NCBI RefSeq assembly: GCF_006345805.1
Contig: NW_021832698.1
Span: 1 to 29,780 of the forward strand
Direction: 5' to 3'
DNA from: Octopus sinensis
Taxonomy: Eukaryota
DNA: 29,780 bases
Below are positions 12,577 through 24,403 of the stretch, piece by piece. A program made the translations under genes and the position numbers. The notes beneath the pieces were generated by a model. It was not told the DNA's origin, ran no database searches, and worked only from the letters and a program-made list of their open reading frames with translations. Numbering within the stretch: the stretch's first letter is position 1; each line of letters begins with the position of its first letter.

Positions 12577-12694
12577 AAAGAATGTTATCAGCGTTGCTTG
12601 TGAAAAACTTCCTTAAACATGGCCAGAAAACAATATCACATTCCAAAAGTATTTCCACCATTTATTGCAATTCTTTTCGTCGTCTTCACAAATG
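12577..12694 (+). CDS. First coding exon of lectin/CUB-like type I membrane receptor (5'UTR 12577-12618; CDS from ATG 12619; signal peptide MARKQYHIPKVFPPFIAILFVVFTN-G)
   Basis: Acceptor tttgcttttctttcag ends at 12576; ATG in strong context aacATGg; basic N-region plus hydrophobic FIAILFVVF; donor g|gtaagt at 12695 is phase 1 and matches the next exon. Confidence 0.8.
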
Positions 12695-12865
12695 GTAAGT
12701 TCTTCGATTACTTAAGTTCCCGCACCACTCAATATTTTCCCATTTCGCACATAACAAGTCTCTTTACCACATGGAATAAATGTCTTTGCCACAGTTAATG
12801 TATTCCAATATTTCGCTTAATAATTTCACATTATGAGATGTAATTTGTTTTTATATGACGTTACG

Positions 12866-13080
12866 TAATAAAGCGGTGAGCTGGCAGAATCGTTAGCAGG
12901 CCGAGCAAAAGGCTTTGCGCTTTGCGGCATTTCGTTCCGTCCCTACGTTCCGAGTTCAAATTCCGCTGAGGTTGACTTTGCCTTTCATCCCTTTTGGGGT
13001 CAATAAGGTACCAGTTGAGTACTGGGGTCAATGTAATCGACTTACCCCGTGCCCCAAAACTGCTGACCTTGTTCAGAAAT
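12866..13080 (+). mobile_element. tRNA-derived SINE, family B
   Basis: gcggtgagctggcagaatcgttagc...gagttcaaattcc (B box)...gactttgcctttcatcc...gtaccagttgagtactggggtc; homologous to 27968-28180. Confidence 0.8.
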
Positions 13081-13129
13081 TTAAAGCCAGTCTGTGTGAC
13101 TGGTGGGGAGAACATGCCGAGGCCCAAGT

Positions 13130-13375
13130 TCTGCAGTAGACTGAACATGGGCAACCCAAACCAATGAAATATATTTTTAGAGGATTCTGGTGGAGAGGAG
13201 TAGGTTTGATCCTGTACTGCAAACAAGACTCTGTCAGTCTCACCTTTCGGTCCTGCGCTTCTCAGCCAGTAATGAGAAGCTTTCTTGTCTATGTCCACCT
13301 TGTTAGTCTTCTTTTTTTTTTTTTAATAAGAGCCATGCAAAGGTTTTTCTACCAATTGATTGTGGCCCCATTTTT
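13130..13375 (-). pseudogene. Non-LTR retrotransposon ORF fragment (C-terminal part, resembles R4/Dong/NeSL-type LINEs)
   Basis: Minus-strand translation ..EKPLHGSY*..KVDIDKKASHYWLRSAGPKGETDRVLFAVQDQ resembles the post-RT segment of RLE-type LINEs; has stops and frameshifts. Confidence 0.65.
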
Positions 13376-14229
13376 AACTAAAATTTAAATTGAGTTTACT
13401 CGGAATCTGTTCAAAATAATTTAGCGGCAATTGTAGATTCCAGATACGAATTCATATTGATGTATAAAAAGTATACACTGTATATGATGGTATAAAAGAC
13501 ACACTTGTTCTTCCAAAAAGACGTCTCAAAAAAGAAAAAAAATCACCTCCGTTCTTAAATACGAATTTGGTAAAGTTGGGTCTGTGTTACATAGTTCAAT
13601 GCCCTAAAAAAATGTTTTTCTTGAATAGTAAATGAAAATTATCTTATCAAAGAATCTTTGAGTTCCAATGGTGACCCATTCGCTGAAACTGTAAATACAC
13701 AAATACGTCAAAAAACAGTAAATACACAAATATGTCAAAACAAGTGCCTATCAAACAAAAACTACTTCGCAAATATATTTTGGCTGCAGAAATATCTTTA
13801 CAATGGGAAAACTAAGCAATTTATTTACACTGAATTAGTTTCATTTGTGAGAGTGGACAATGACTAAGGATATAAATATACTTATATTGTTATATATAAT
13901 AGATTTGATTGTGTTGCTATGTATTTCAACTGAAAGGTTTATGGTTGCTTTATGTGCGAAGGTGGATTTTCAGGAATATCTTTATATTTTGAAGAGAATT
14001 TTGGAATTTTAAAAAAATGTTATTGTGATTCCTTTTAATTTAGTGTGATCCAAATATATTCATGAACACGTATGCTTAAATACAAATATGGTGATACACA
14101 AATCACACGAGAACCCACTCTCGAATAGAAATACAACCATACGTAGTGGCATATACAGGGAGTTCGAAGTAAATTTGACGATTTGTATGTCTCCATTTTC
14201 CAGGGACAGTCTGATGTTTTTTTTTTTCA

Positions 14230-14780
14230 GACTAACGATGTTTGAGAACGTAAAGATTAAAGTTGAGAAAAAGTTAGCTGACTTGGATATCGGAAGCCAT
14301 CAGAATATTGGAAAAGAGTTACTCGTATCACGAGAATTCGCGCCTAGTATCGATATGTCGACATTATGATCGCTGCTCAATGCTCTGTGAACACTGTAAA
14401 GGCTGTAAGAAGCATAATGGACAGCTACAAGGGAAACTACAAGGGAAACTTTACAATTTGCTAGGCTCAAATCGCATTTGCGAACCCATGGAAAAACGAA
14501 CCTCCACCAACTATTCTGCTTATATGTCTGTGCACACCTTTCAATGCAATGTATGCCAGAAGGTTTGCAAATCTAATGGAGGCTTCAAAAGACATTTTAA
14601 TATTCACAAAGAGCAGAACTTATCTGCTTCTCTTGGTGGTCCAAATCGGATGTGCAATCTATTGGGTGTCTTTTCAGAACATTGCCTGGTTTTCAAAGCC
14701 ACATCAGCTGCCATGATGGTTCTAAGGTGTAGGTACAGGTGGTGGTCAAACTCTGCATAAGGAGTCCACAACCACCGCCA
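14230..14780 (+). pseudogene. Probable LINE 3' end (RTE-like) with C2H2 zinc-finger remnant
   Basis: ORF 14308-14760 contains FQCNVCQKVCKSNGGFKRHFNIH; no usable splice sites found; ends in a (TATG)n tail. Confidence 0.5.
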
Positions 14781-14816
14781 TGTATGTATGTATCTACGTA
14801 TATATGTATTCATGTG

Positions 14817-14847
<31 letters not shown>

Positions 14848-14949
14848 ACATACATACATAAACACACCACACACACACACACAACACACATATATACACA
14901 CGTAAACACACACACACACACTGTCACACACACCCACATATACATCTAC

Positions 14950-15745
14950 AAACATGCATATATGTAAATAAATATGTATATATATGTGTATGTATGTCTG
15001 TGTCTATGTATGTATGTGTGTGAGTGTATGTATGTAAGTATATGTATGTACGTGTATGTATGTATGTGTGTGAATGTATCTATGTATATATGCATGTATG
15101 TACGCATGTATGTATGTATGTATGTATGAATGTATGTATATATGTGTGTGTGTGTATGTATGTATGTATGTATGAATGTATGTATGTATGCATGTATGCA
15201 TGTATGCATGTATGTATGTATGTATGAATGAATGTATGTATGTATATATGTGTGTGTGTATGTATGTATGTATGTATGTGTGTGTATGTATGTATGTATG
15301 TGTATGTATGTATGCATGTATGTATGTATGAATGACTGTATGTATGTATATATGTGTGTATGTATGTATGTATGTATGAATGTATGTGTGTATGTATGTA
15401 TGTGTGTGTGTGTACGTATGTATGCATGTATGTATGTACGTATGTATGTATGTATGTATGTATGTATGTATGTGTGTATGTATGTATGTATGTATGTATG
15501 TTGGATGTATGTATGTTGTTATGTAGTATGTATGTATGTATGTATGTATGTATGTTTATGTATGTATTATGTATGTATGTATGTATGTATTGTGTATGTA
15601 TGTATGCATGTATGTATGTGTGTATGTATGTGTGTATGTATGTATGTATGTATGTATGTATGTATGTATGTATGTTTATTTATGTATGTATGTATGCACG
15701 TATGTATGTATGTATGTATGTATGTATGTATGTATGTATGTGCAT
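14950..15745. repeat. About 800-bp (TATG)n array
   Basis: Visible directly; source of the MYVC/HTYI pseudo-ORFs. Confidence 0.97.
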
Positions 15746-16739
15746 ATATAAGCACTTAGTAAGCGTCTTTTTAAAAGGGCCCTGATACGAAGTGTTTTCC
15801 GGGTTGAACTCTGACCCCGGGTGTATTTGGTGACAATACACGCTTCTTATAAAAAGTGTTACAACCGATATTAACAGGATTTCGGTGTGTTTGATGTGTG
15901 TGAATCAGCGTGCAACACGATGTCGTGTAACGCTGTCCTCGACTCAAGTAGCCGCTCTTGTCTCAATGGACTCAGATCTGTGACAGGAAACCGTAAGAAC
16001 GAGAATTAGCTAACGTCTGCCATGCTTATTATTATGGAGGAAGCTAAAGTAATCTGAAGAATGAATGCGCCACTGTGAAAATAATATAAGAAGTAAGGAG
16101 ATGACTATCGCATTTTGAATGAAATAATTACTAAAACACAACACTGAAATATAAACCTTTGTTTAACGGTTGAAAACCAGTTAGTTTTCTGAATCATCAA
16201 CTCTTCTTAATTCGGAAGCGTTTCTGTTTTGTTTGCTGTCGTCTGTTCTAGTTCACACTGCGCAAACTTTGAGTATTCTATCTTATTCCTTTTTCTTTCT
16301 CGTTACTTCATACAAAAGGCCTCTCTGTACAAACTAAAAGCTTTATCTAAAAATAAATAACCTATTTAATATTAATTCTAATTAGTCGTTAGCATAACAA
16401 ACTATTCCAACAGCCACACAGTTTCTTTTTGCAGATTTCTGCAGACAGAATCGACTTCACATTAAAATTAATGAATTAATTTTCTTTGTTTCTAATCAAC
16501 TCTGTTTACTTAATTAGTACAGATACTAGTTATATTAATATTAATTACTAACCAAGTTGACGACACGTTTTCGTACCATCAGAAGTCCTGGCGTCTTGGA
16601 TGTTAACATTAGCAAGTCTCGCTGCCCAGATATTTATATTTAACCGACTCGGTCCTACTTCCGCAAATCGACATCATGTCCAGCAGACAGGACACTGTAG
16701 AATTAACAAGTGTTATTGTTAATATGCAATATTAAATTG

Positions 16740-17087
16740 AGGGTTGGGGCAACACCCAAAAGTCACTAGGAGCAAGGTCTGGACTGCAGGAAGTTTTAAT
16801 GCCTCCCTCAAGTAAATGGTTACATGAATGCTCGCCACTCTCTCTCTCTCTCTTTTACTCTTTTACTTGTTTCAATCATGTGACTGTGGCCATGCTGGAG
16901 CACCGCCTTTAGTCGATCAAATCGACCCCAGAACTTATTCTTTGTAAGCCTAGTACTTATTTTATCAGTCTGTTTTTTGCTGAACCGCTAAGTTACGGGG
17001 ACGTAAACACACCAGCATCGGTTGTCAAGCGATGTTGGGGGGACAAACACAGACACACAAACACGCACACGCACATACATACATATA

Positions 17088-17147
<60 letters not shown>

Positions 17148-17720
17148 GACAGGCTTCTTTCAGTTTCCGTCTACCAAATCCACTCACAAGGCTTTGGTTG
17201 GCCCGAGGCTATAGTAGAAGACTCTTGCCCAAGGTGCCACGCAGTAGGACTGAACTCGAAACCATGTGGTTCGTAAGCAAGCTACTTACCACACAGCCAC
17301 TCCTACGCTACTGGGAACAAACTTGGCACAAGTTTCGTGCATTTTCGAGTCTTCATGAATAATTCTGTTTACTGTTGCCAGGCTAACCCTTAAGTCTATG
17401 CTTATGGTCATCGTAGTCACACGACACGATTCGTCCATTAAACCGCAACTTTTCTCTACCAGTTCTGAGTATCTGACGCCGCTCTCTCCCCTACATTTTT
17501 CATTGTATCTCATCCCTTCTCTACGGACTTTGAACCTCTTGTGCTAGCGAAAAAGTTAATCCATGAACAGTTTGGAATATTCCATAAGATTCCGTAGCGT
17601 TTTTGCCCAGTACTTTAACAACAACAAAACTTTATTGCATAGGGAGCTTCCGGAATGTCTTCAAGTCCCAAAAGCATTCAGCAAACCAATCAGCTGTGAC
17701 AAACAGTGTTAAGTAGGGCG
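16740..17720 (-). mobile_element. mariner-type transposon relic, internally deleted and split by a SINE
   Basis: Minus-strand frames: EDIPEAPYAIKFC, LGKNATESYGIFQTVHG, HKRFK, ..RVSLATVNRIIHEDSKMHETCAKFVP (HTH plus WVP-like linker) at 17312-17665; CSPDLAP (YSPDLAP motif) near 16765-16795. Confidence 0.8.
16846..17309 (-). mobile_element. SINE family A, full length, inserted in the mariner relic
   Basis: Reverse complement of the family A consensus including the head ggagtggctgtgtggtaagtagc. Confidence 0.9.
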
Positions 17721-17926
17721 TGTTAAAAGTGCTGATACAACTTTCTCCTTCAATCAAGAATAACAAAATTTGGTTGGTCAGCTTATTAGATTCACACTAA
17801 TGGCAAACTGAAATTACAATAATCTTGGACAGTTATAACTACCTCCACTGAAAAGTTTCAAAATTTCTGGAATGCATTTAGTAATATTTAAAACAATCTC
17901 GCATATAGGGCCCGGGTTAATCTTTT

Positions 17927-17999
17927 TCAAGGCAGGAATCGAACTCACAACCTTACGATCGCTAGTCAAACACCCTAACCACTAAGCCATGCGCCTTCA
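17927..17999 (-). mobile_element. Isolated tRNA-like SINE head (family C type)
   Basis: A box tggcttagtgg and B box gagttcgattcc; no intact acceptor stem. Confidence 0.65.
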
Positions 18000-18430
18000 T
18001 ACATACGTAAACATATACATACATACATACATACATACATGCACGCATGCATACATTCGTACATACATACATACATACATACATACATACATACATACAT
18101 ACATACATACACACGTACGTACGTACGTACATACATACATACATACATACATTCATACATACATACATACATTCATACATACATACATACATACATACAT
18201 ACATACATACATACATACATACATACATACATACATACATGCATGCATGCATGCATACATACATACTTACATACATACATATATACATACATAAGTACGT
18301 ACGTACGTACATACATACATACATACGTACATACGTACATACATACATACATACATTCATACATACATTCATACATACATACATACATACACGCATTCAT
18401 ATATGTATATATGTATATATACATACATAC
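17999..18430. repeat. About 430-bp (TACA)n array, opposite orientation to 14950-15745
   Basis: Visible directly. Confidence 0.97.
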
Positions 18431-18899
18431 GTAGCCATACCTCCTTGTATACGGCTGATGTCACAGCAAAGGAACACCTGGTAATGCATCTACTTACTAA
18501 TGGCAAAAACTTAAGACAAAAACAGACAAACTTTGAGTGTCAAAGACAAGTGCAGGCAAAGCTTTGAGTGCCTCCTGGTGTCTTATTACTGTTTGAGTGT
18601 CGTATTACTAAGACGACAATTGCCAAACGACAGCAGCAAAAAATAAATGCATGAACCAGATGCTTAAAAGCGAAGAGAACAACATCCTGCCGGTCAGTAG
18701 GGGAATCCTTTCAGAAGAATTCAATTTCCAATGACTTGTTGCTTGGCCCCAGAATTGTGGGGCAAACACACCTCAAAAAAGATCTGGACAAGAAACGCTC
18801 TACCCACCTAAATGGAAAGAAGAAGAGTTTTATCCATGCCTATGTTTCTTGTATATTTGAGAATGAGCATATATTAGTTTCAGATTTTTGACACAAGGC

Positions 18900-18970
18900 C
18901 AGAAATTCGAGGGATGGGGTGTAAGTCGATGACATTGACCCCAGTGCTCAACTGGTACTTATTTTATCGA
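18900..18970 (-). mobile_element. SINE family B, 3' fragment
   Basis: gtaagtcgatgacattgaccccagtgctcaactggtactta is the reverse complement of the family B tail. Confidence 0.7.
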
Positions 18971-19117
18971 GTCATTGAAGAATACAACTTACCACACTAC
19001 AACAAGAACTGAATCTTGCGGTGGAAGAGATCCGTTTCGTTCCTAATTATTATATCAACATTCTGTGAAAATTGGTCCAATTTCTTATCCGTCCAGCTAA
19101 CTCTTAATTGAACTGAT

Positions 19118-19397
19118 CCTCCGTCGGTTACGGCGATGACTGTTCTAGTTGATATGATCAACAGAACTGCCTGCTCTGAAATTAACGTGACACGTGTACC
19201 CTTAACATAATTCTCAGGGAGATTCAGCATGACACAGAGTATGACAAGGAAGGCCCCCTTTGAATTACTGGTACTACTCGTTTTTTGCCTGCTGAGTGGA
19301 CTGGAGCAATGTGAAATAAAGTGTCTTGCTCAAGAACACAGTGTACTGCCAGGAATTGAACGCCGAATGCCCTGACCACTAAGCCACTTGCCTTCAC
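19118..19397 (-). mobile_element. tRNA-derived SINE, family C head/core with a different tail
   Basis: Minus strand: gtgaaggcaagtggcttagtgg...cttgagcaagacactttatttcacattgctccagtccactcagc; the tail differs from 1-281. Confidence 0.75.
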
Positions 19398-19495
19398 AAT
19401 TCTTCATTGGACAAAATTAACTAAAAGCTTATACCGTAACCATGTTCGTTAGATTTTATAAAATCCACTAAATTTTTTTCTTAATGTCTTTTCAG

Positions 19496-19849
19496 GAGTT
19501 CAAACAGAGATGGAGAGTCTGTATAAAACAGTGTGTTCCCATCACAAACTAGTCATCACTTGTCCATATTACCACAAAATCGCCATCAAACGCTTGTATT
19601 ATGGGATTAAGCCAAATGCTGTTTGTAACAACCGATCGTTGATAACGACCGGACGCCTACCGATGTGTTGCCGGGGTGGACCACAAGACTGTATTGTGTT
19701 AGACACTTCTCAGTATTCTAACTACACAATATATTGCTCTGGGTATCGAACCTGCGATCGGAAAGTTGCTGCTGTGAAGAGTTTGTCTACATGCTCGAAA
19801 CCAAACCAAGAAACCCATTACCAACAGGTTGTTTACCATTGTGTCCAAG
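19496..19849 (+). CDS. Exon encoding SUEL/Gal_lectin (rhamnose-binding lectin)-like domain, 10 Cys
   Basis: Acceptor ttaatgtcttttcag, donor g|gtgagg; 354 nt, phase 1-1; C..L.I.C...I.I..YYG..C...C.G...C...C...Y..V.Y.C pattern resembles SUEL; extra CC..DC pair; sequons NRS, NYT. Confidence 0.85.
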
Positions 19850-19980
19850 GTGAGGAACCGTTCTTGTAGAACAAAGGATTTCTCCTTGACTCCTCTATCA
19901 ATCTCCCGCTCTCATTCTCTCCTCTCTCTCCACCCTCTCTCTCTCTCTCTTTCTCTCTTTCTCTCTCCCTCTGTATATAT

Positions 19981-20160
19981 ACTCTTTTACTTTTTTACTC
20001 TTTTACACGTTTCCGTCGAACAAATCGACTCCAAGACTTATTCTTTGTAAACCTAGAACTTATTCTATCGATCTCTTTTGCCGAACCGCTATGTTTCGGA
20101 GACATTAACCCACCAATATCGGTTGTCAAATGATGGCGGAGGGACAAACACAAAGACAAC
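19981..20160 (-). mobile_element. SINE family A, 3' half with internal deletion
   Basis: aaatcgac..gacttattctttgtaa..cttttgccgaaccgct..ggttgtcaa. Confidence 0.8.
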
Positions 20161-20175
20161 ACCACACTTAATATA

Positions 20176-20235
<60 letters not shown>

Positions 20236-20997
20236 GTGTGTGTGGTGTGTGTGTGTGTGTGTGTGTGTGTGTGGTGTTGTATATTATATTATATATACAA
20301 TATAATATATTAGGGGACCAAGTGCGAAAATGACCTGTCTCTCTGCATGCTTGAAGTGCCGAGACCTTCAAAAAAACCACCAATACATATATATAATATA
20401 TATATATATAATATATATATAATTCTTATTCTTAGTTGCCCAGTCTCTTCCAAATATTTGTCCCCCACCTCCCTCTGTCGGCTGGACTTCTCCCACTCGC
20501 TTTAGTCATATGCTCTACATTTTCGCAGTTGTGATCGATAAGCCTTGAGTGCTCACGGATCCGAGAGAACCATTTTTTTTTAATGTTTTGGAGGCTTGGC
20601 AGAACGACAGCAATATACGTCTATATTTCGTCCTACTTATATTACACAGTCAGTCCATTCCAGTGTTTCCCTTCTTTTTTTACCTCTGCAATAGTATTTG
20701 TCAAGTAAGAAGCTATTCTGACGGAAATATATGCTTGACTCGAGATTACACACGCTGCATTTCAAAAAAATACTCGTCTTTCTTTATGATGTGCAGGCTG
20801 AGGGGAAAAGAATACGGAAATAAGGACGTTTCGAGTGTCACGTATCTTGTTTCTTATTATATCGATAAATACTGGGAAAGTAAAAAAGGGGAATAACCCA
20901 GAAACTATCCCACAGATATTGTTTTGCGCTAGGTGGGAGTACTGAACTCTCTGATCGTGTGTGTGTGTATTCAAATAAAGGTTATAAACCTCATTAA

Positions 20998-21217
20998 CCC
21001 TTTCGTTACTGTATTTATTTTAAGATAATCTGTGTTTCTTTCAATTATTTTAAATATAACAAAGAATTTAGTATAATTACTTAGTTATCATTAAGCTAGT
21101 GTTATGAACATGAATTGTGACTAAGGTTTGGTGGAAGATTTTAATTCAAAACTTATGAAAACAAGACATTTGTACTCAGAGCCAGAACCGGTTTCAGCCG
21201 GGTTGGTAACGGAAGGG
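20998..21217. mobile_element. piggyBac-type MITE, 220 bp, TTAA TSDs
   Basis: TTAA(20994-97) CCCTTTCGTTAC ... GTAACGGAAGGG TTAA(21218-21); TIRs with one mismatch; no ORF. Confidence 0.85.
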
Positions 21218-21261
21218 TTAAGGGATATTAAAATCCAGTGAAAATACTGGTTAGTATATAT

Positions 21262-21420
21262 GCGCAGGCGTGGCCGTGTAGTTAGAAGCTTGCTTTCCAA
21301 CCACATGACTCCGGGTTCAGTCCCACTACGCGGCATCTTGGTCAAGTGTCTTCTACTGTAGCCTCGGGTCAGCCAAAGCCTTGTCAGTGGATTTGATTGA
21401 GGGAATCTGAAAGAAGCCCC
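21262..21420 (+). mobile_element. SINE family A, 5' half
   Basis: gcaggcgtggccgtgtagttagaagcttgctttccaaccacatg...tgaaagaagccc. Confidence 0.85.
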
Positions 21421-21593
21421 GAAATTGCGAGAATGATCCGGTTCTTGACTGAGGATAAAAGGCTTCGAATGACCCGTCCTTGTTTTTTTTGTATCGTTTA
21501 TCTGGATGTTTTATTGTCCCTTTTTGTATCACCTAGTTGTCCGGATGTTCTGCGGTCTTGTCCCATTTTGTATTTTATTATATATACATACAT

Positions 21594-21632
<39 letters not shown>

Positions 21633-21634
<2 letters not shown>

Positions 21635-21751
21635 GATCGATCGTTTTGGTTTCGTTTCGTTTCTTCTTCTTCTAAGCTGGTTTTATATAGTATATATATA
21701 TCGATTCGATTCGTTTTTTTCGTTTCGTTCTCTTCTTCTCTCCTCTAAGCT

Positions 21752-21812
<61 letters not shown>

Positions 21813-21868
21813 TTCGATTCGTTCGTGGTTTCGTTTCGTTTCTTCTTCTTCTCCTCTAAGCTGGTTTA
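21633..21868. repeat. Three tandem copies of an about 55-bp unit separated by (TA)n; fourth copy at about 22461-22515
   Basis: tcgattcgattcgt..ggtttcgtttcgtttcttcttct..ctaagctggttt repeated. Confidence 0.85.
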
Positions 21869-22294
21869 TATATATATGTGTGAGCGGGTATATGTATATT
21901 GTTTATGAATTGAGTGTTGTATGTGTGGTGTGAGGAAGTATGAATAGTAATGTGTTGAGTGTATGAGCATGTTGTGTTATTAGTTTATTTTTGTTTTTTG
22001 TTTTTTTTTTTTTGTTTTTTGTTTTTAGGTTTGGTTTTTTGTTTTTGCTTGTTGTTTTTTGGTTTTTGTACATTTTTAAATATGAGAAATTTTATAATAG
22101 GTTTTTATATTCAATGTTTATAGGGTTTATTTTAGATTATTTTAGATTATATATTGATTATATATAGATTATATATAGATTATTATAGATTATATTTTTA
22201 TTTTTTACATTTTTTCATTGATAATTTTATTGTTTTATTATTTTAAATTATTTTAAATTATATTTTAAAATATTGCTATTCTTAGATCGAAAAT

Positions 22295-22336
22295 CCACCT
22301 GAAGATTGTCGGAACAGACATGAAACATTGTAGTGG
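22295..22336 (+). ncRNA. Minimal type I hammerhead ribozyme motif in intron 3
   Basis: CCAC-CUGAAGA-uUGUC ggaaca GACAu-GAAA-C AUU GUA-GUGG. Confidence 0.65.
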
Positions 22337-22421
22337 CGGTTTATTTAATTTATATTAAAATTTTATGTATGATTAAGTCTTTCCTTGTTTGGTTTTAAAA
22401 TAGTGGTTTGTGTCTCGAATT

Positions 22422-22463
<42 letters not shown>

Positions 22464-22537
22464 GATTCGATTCGTTGGTTTCGTTTCGTTTCTTCTTCTT
22501 CTCTAAGCTGGTTTATACATATATATATATATATATC

Positions 22538-22700
22538 TAGCTACATGGTTTCGGGTTCAGTCCCACTGCGTGGCACTTTGAGTAGGTGTCTTCCGCTATA
22601 GCCCCGAGTCGACCGAAGCTTTGTGATTGAATTCGGTAGGCCGTGTGTATATGTGCGTATAGCTACTCAGTGCCTCTCCGAAGAGAGAGAGGGGATATAT

Positions 22701-22738
<38 letters not shown>

Positions 22739-22747
22739 ATAATATAA

Positions 22748-22781
<34 letters not shown>

Positions 22782-23019
22782 CGTATATATGTGTCTCTGT
22801 GTTTGTCCCCGCCACTATCGTTTGACAAGCGATGCTGGTGTGTTTACGTCCCCGTAACCCAGCAGTTCGACAAAAGACCCCGATAGAATAAGTACTAGGC
22901 TTACAAAGAATAAGTCCTGGGGTTGATTCGTTCGACTAAAGGCGTATTAAAATGGCCGCCTCGAAATGACTGAAACAAATAAAAGAATAAAAGAATAAAA
23001 GAATAAAAGAATAAAAGAA
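22538..23019 (+). mobile_element. SINE family A, both halves, expanded internal microsatellite and (AAAAGAAT)n tail
   Basis: 5' part 22538-22645; 3' part 22795-23019. Confidence 0.85.
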
Positions 23020-23388
23020 TATATATGTGGGTCACGTGTTACAAAATGCAATACTTAACCGACCAGTTCTTATCAGTCATTTGACGAACTAATCTTAAGT
23101 TTATCTTTTAATTTTTCCTGTGTGTGTGGTGTGTGTGTGTGTTGTTGTACATCAGTCATGTGAGTAAAAGATGTATATTTTTTGCATCAGTTTTTTTTAT
23201 CTGCTGCCATACATTGATAAGTTGTACTCTTGTCGTCTGTTTCTGAAGATAAATAATCACAAACGATGTTTAATTAAAATAATCTTATTTCTTTAGTTTC
23301 AAAATGTAGGTGGAGATAAATATAGAACGAGGTTTAATGTCTACTCTCTCTCTCTTTCTCTCTCCCTCTTTCTATCTGTCTGTCTCTA

Positions 23389-23440
<52 letters not shown>

Positions 23441-24403
23441 GCTATACATGCATTTTTACACACATACACGTACATATACATATATAAATAAACATAATAT
23501 ATGTAGATACACACACTCACTCGTATACACCTATATATTCATTTATGTATACGTAAACGTATATATAAATAAATAAATATATATTATATACACATCTTTT
23601 ATTATCATTACACACACACACATATACACACTCATACACACACACATATCTAAAACCTGTATTTATTAAATGATATTCATCTCCTGTCAGATGGAATACT
23701 TTTTTGCTGATTCTACGGATAATTGAACGGTACACTATATATATTTGTGTGTGCGTGTGTGTGTGTGTATGTATGTATGTATGCACGTATGTATGTATAT
23801 ATAATGGCCGGATGGATTGTTTTTTTAACAATGGGGGGAAAATGTACTCGGAGTGTTTATTCCTTATGAAAACCTGAATATTTCTTTATTTGGAACCCTG
23901 AGCATCACGCTAGCAATAATTGGAACGACTGAAGTGTTACGAGGGAACATACGTTACATATAAGAATCATAAATACAACTGTATTGCCAACATCAAATCT
24001 AAGTTAATAAACTCAAGTGAAAATGAGCTCGATAGATAATGTGCGTGTGCGTGTGTGTGTGTGTATGTGTGTGTGTATGTGTGTGTGTGTGTGTGCGTGC
24101 GTGTGTGTGTGTGTGCGTGTGTGTGTGTGTGTGTGTGCGTGTTTACACACATATATATGGTAAATGAGAGGCAGAATATGGAAGATACGAGAATTTTTAT
24201 TATTAATCACTACAATTGTTTTGACACAGCTAGCATGTGCGTATATGTGTGTGTGTATTTGTGTGTGTTATTGGTGTGTGTGTGTGTGTGTTGTGTGTGT
24301 GTGTGTGTGTGTGTGTGCAGGTTCTTGTATAAGTACAGTCCCCCTTCCCCCTCTCCCCCGCTCCGTACACTTTTCAGTGATATTGTCTTATTGTCTTCCA
24401 CAG

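Noticed and set aside
14524-14610. C2H2 zinc finger as a host gene exon
   Set aside because: Single finger in a degenerate context ending in a microsatellite tail; including it would break the receptor model; more likely a LINE end
17927-17999. Possible tRNA gene
   Set aside because: Has A and B boxes but no closed cloverleaf; matches the SINE heads
20549-20896. 115-aa ORF in intron 3
   Set aside because: No domain signature or compatible splice sites
21633-21868. CRISPR-like repeat/spacer appearance
   Set aside because: Eukaryotic context; the spacers are (TA)n and there are no cas genes
24320-24378. Alternative acceptors upstream of exon 4 (AG at 24319-20 and 24376-77)
   Set aside because: Both are phase 2, incompatible with the phase-1 donor of exon 3
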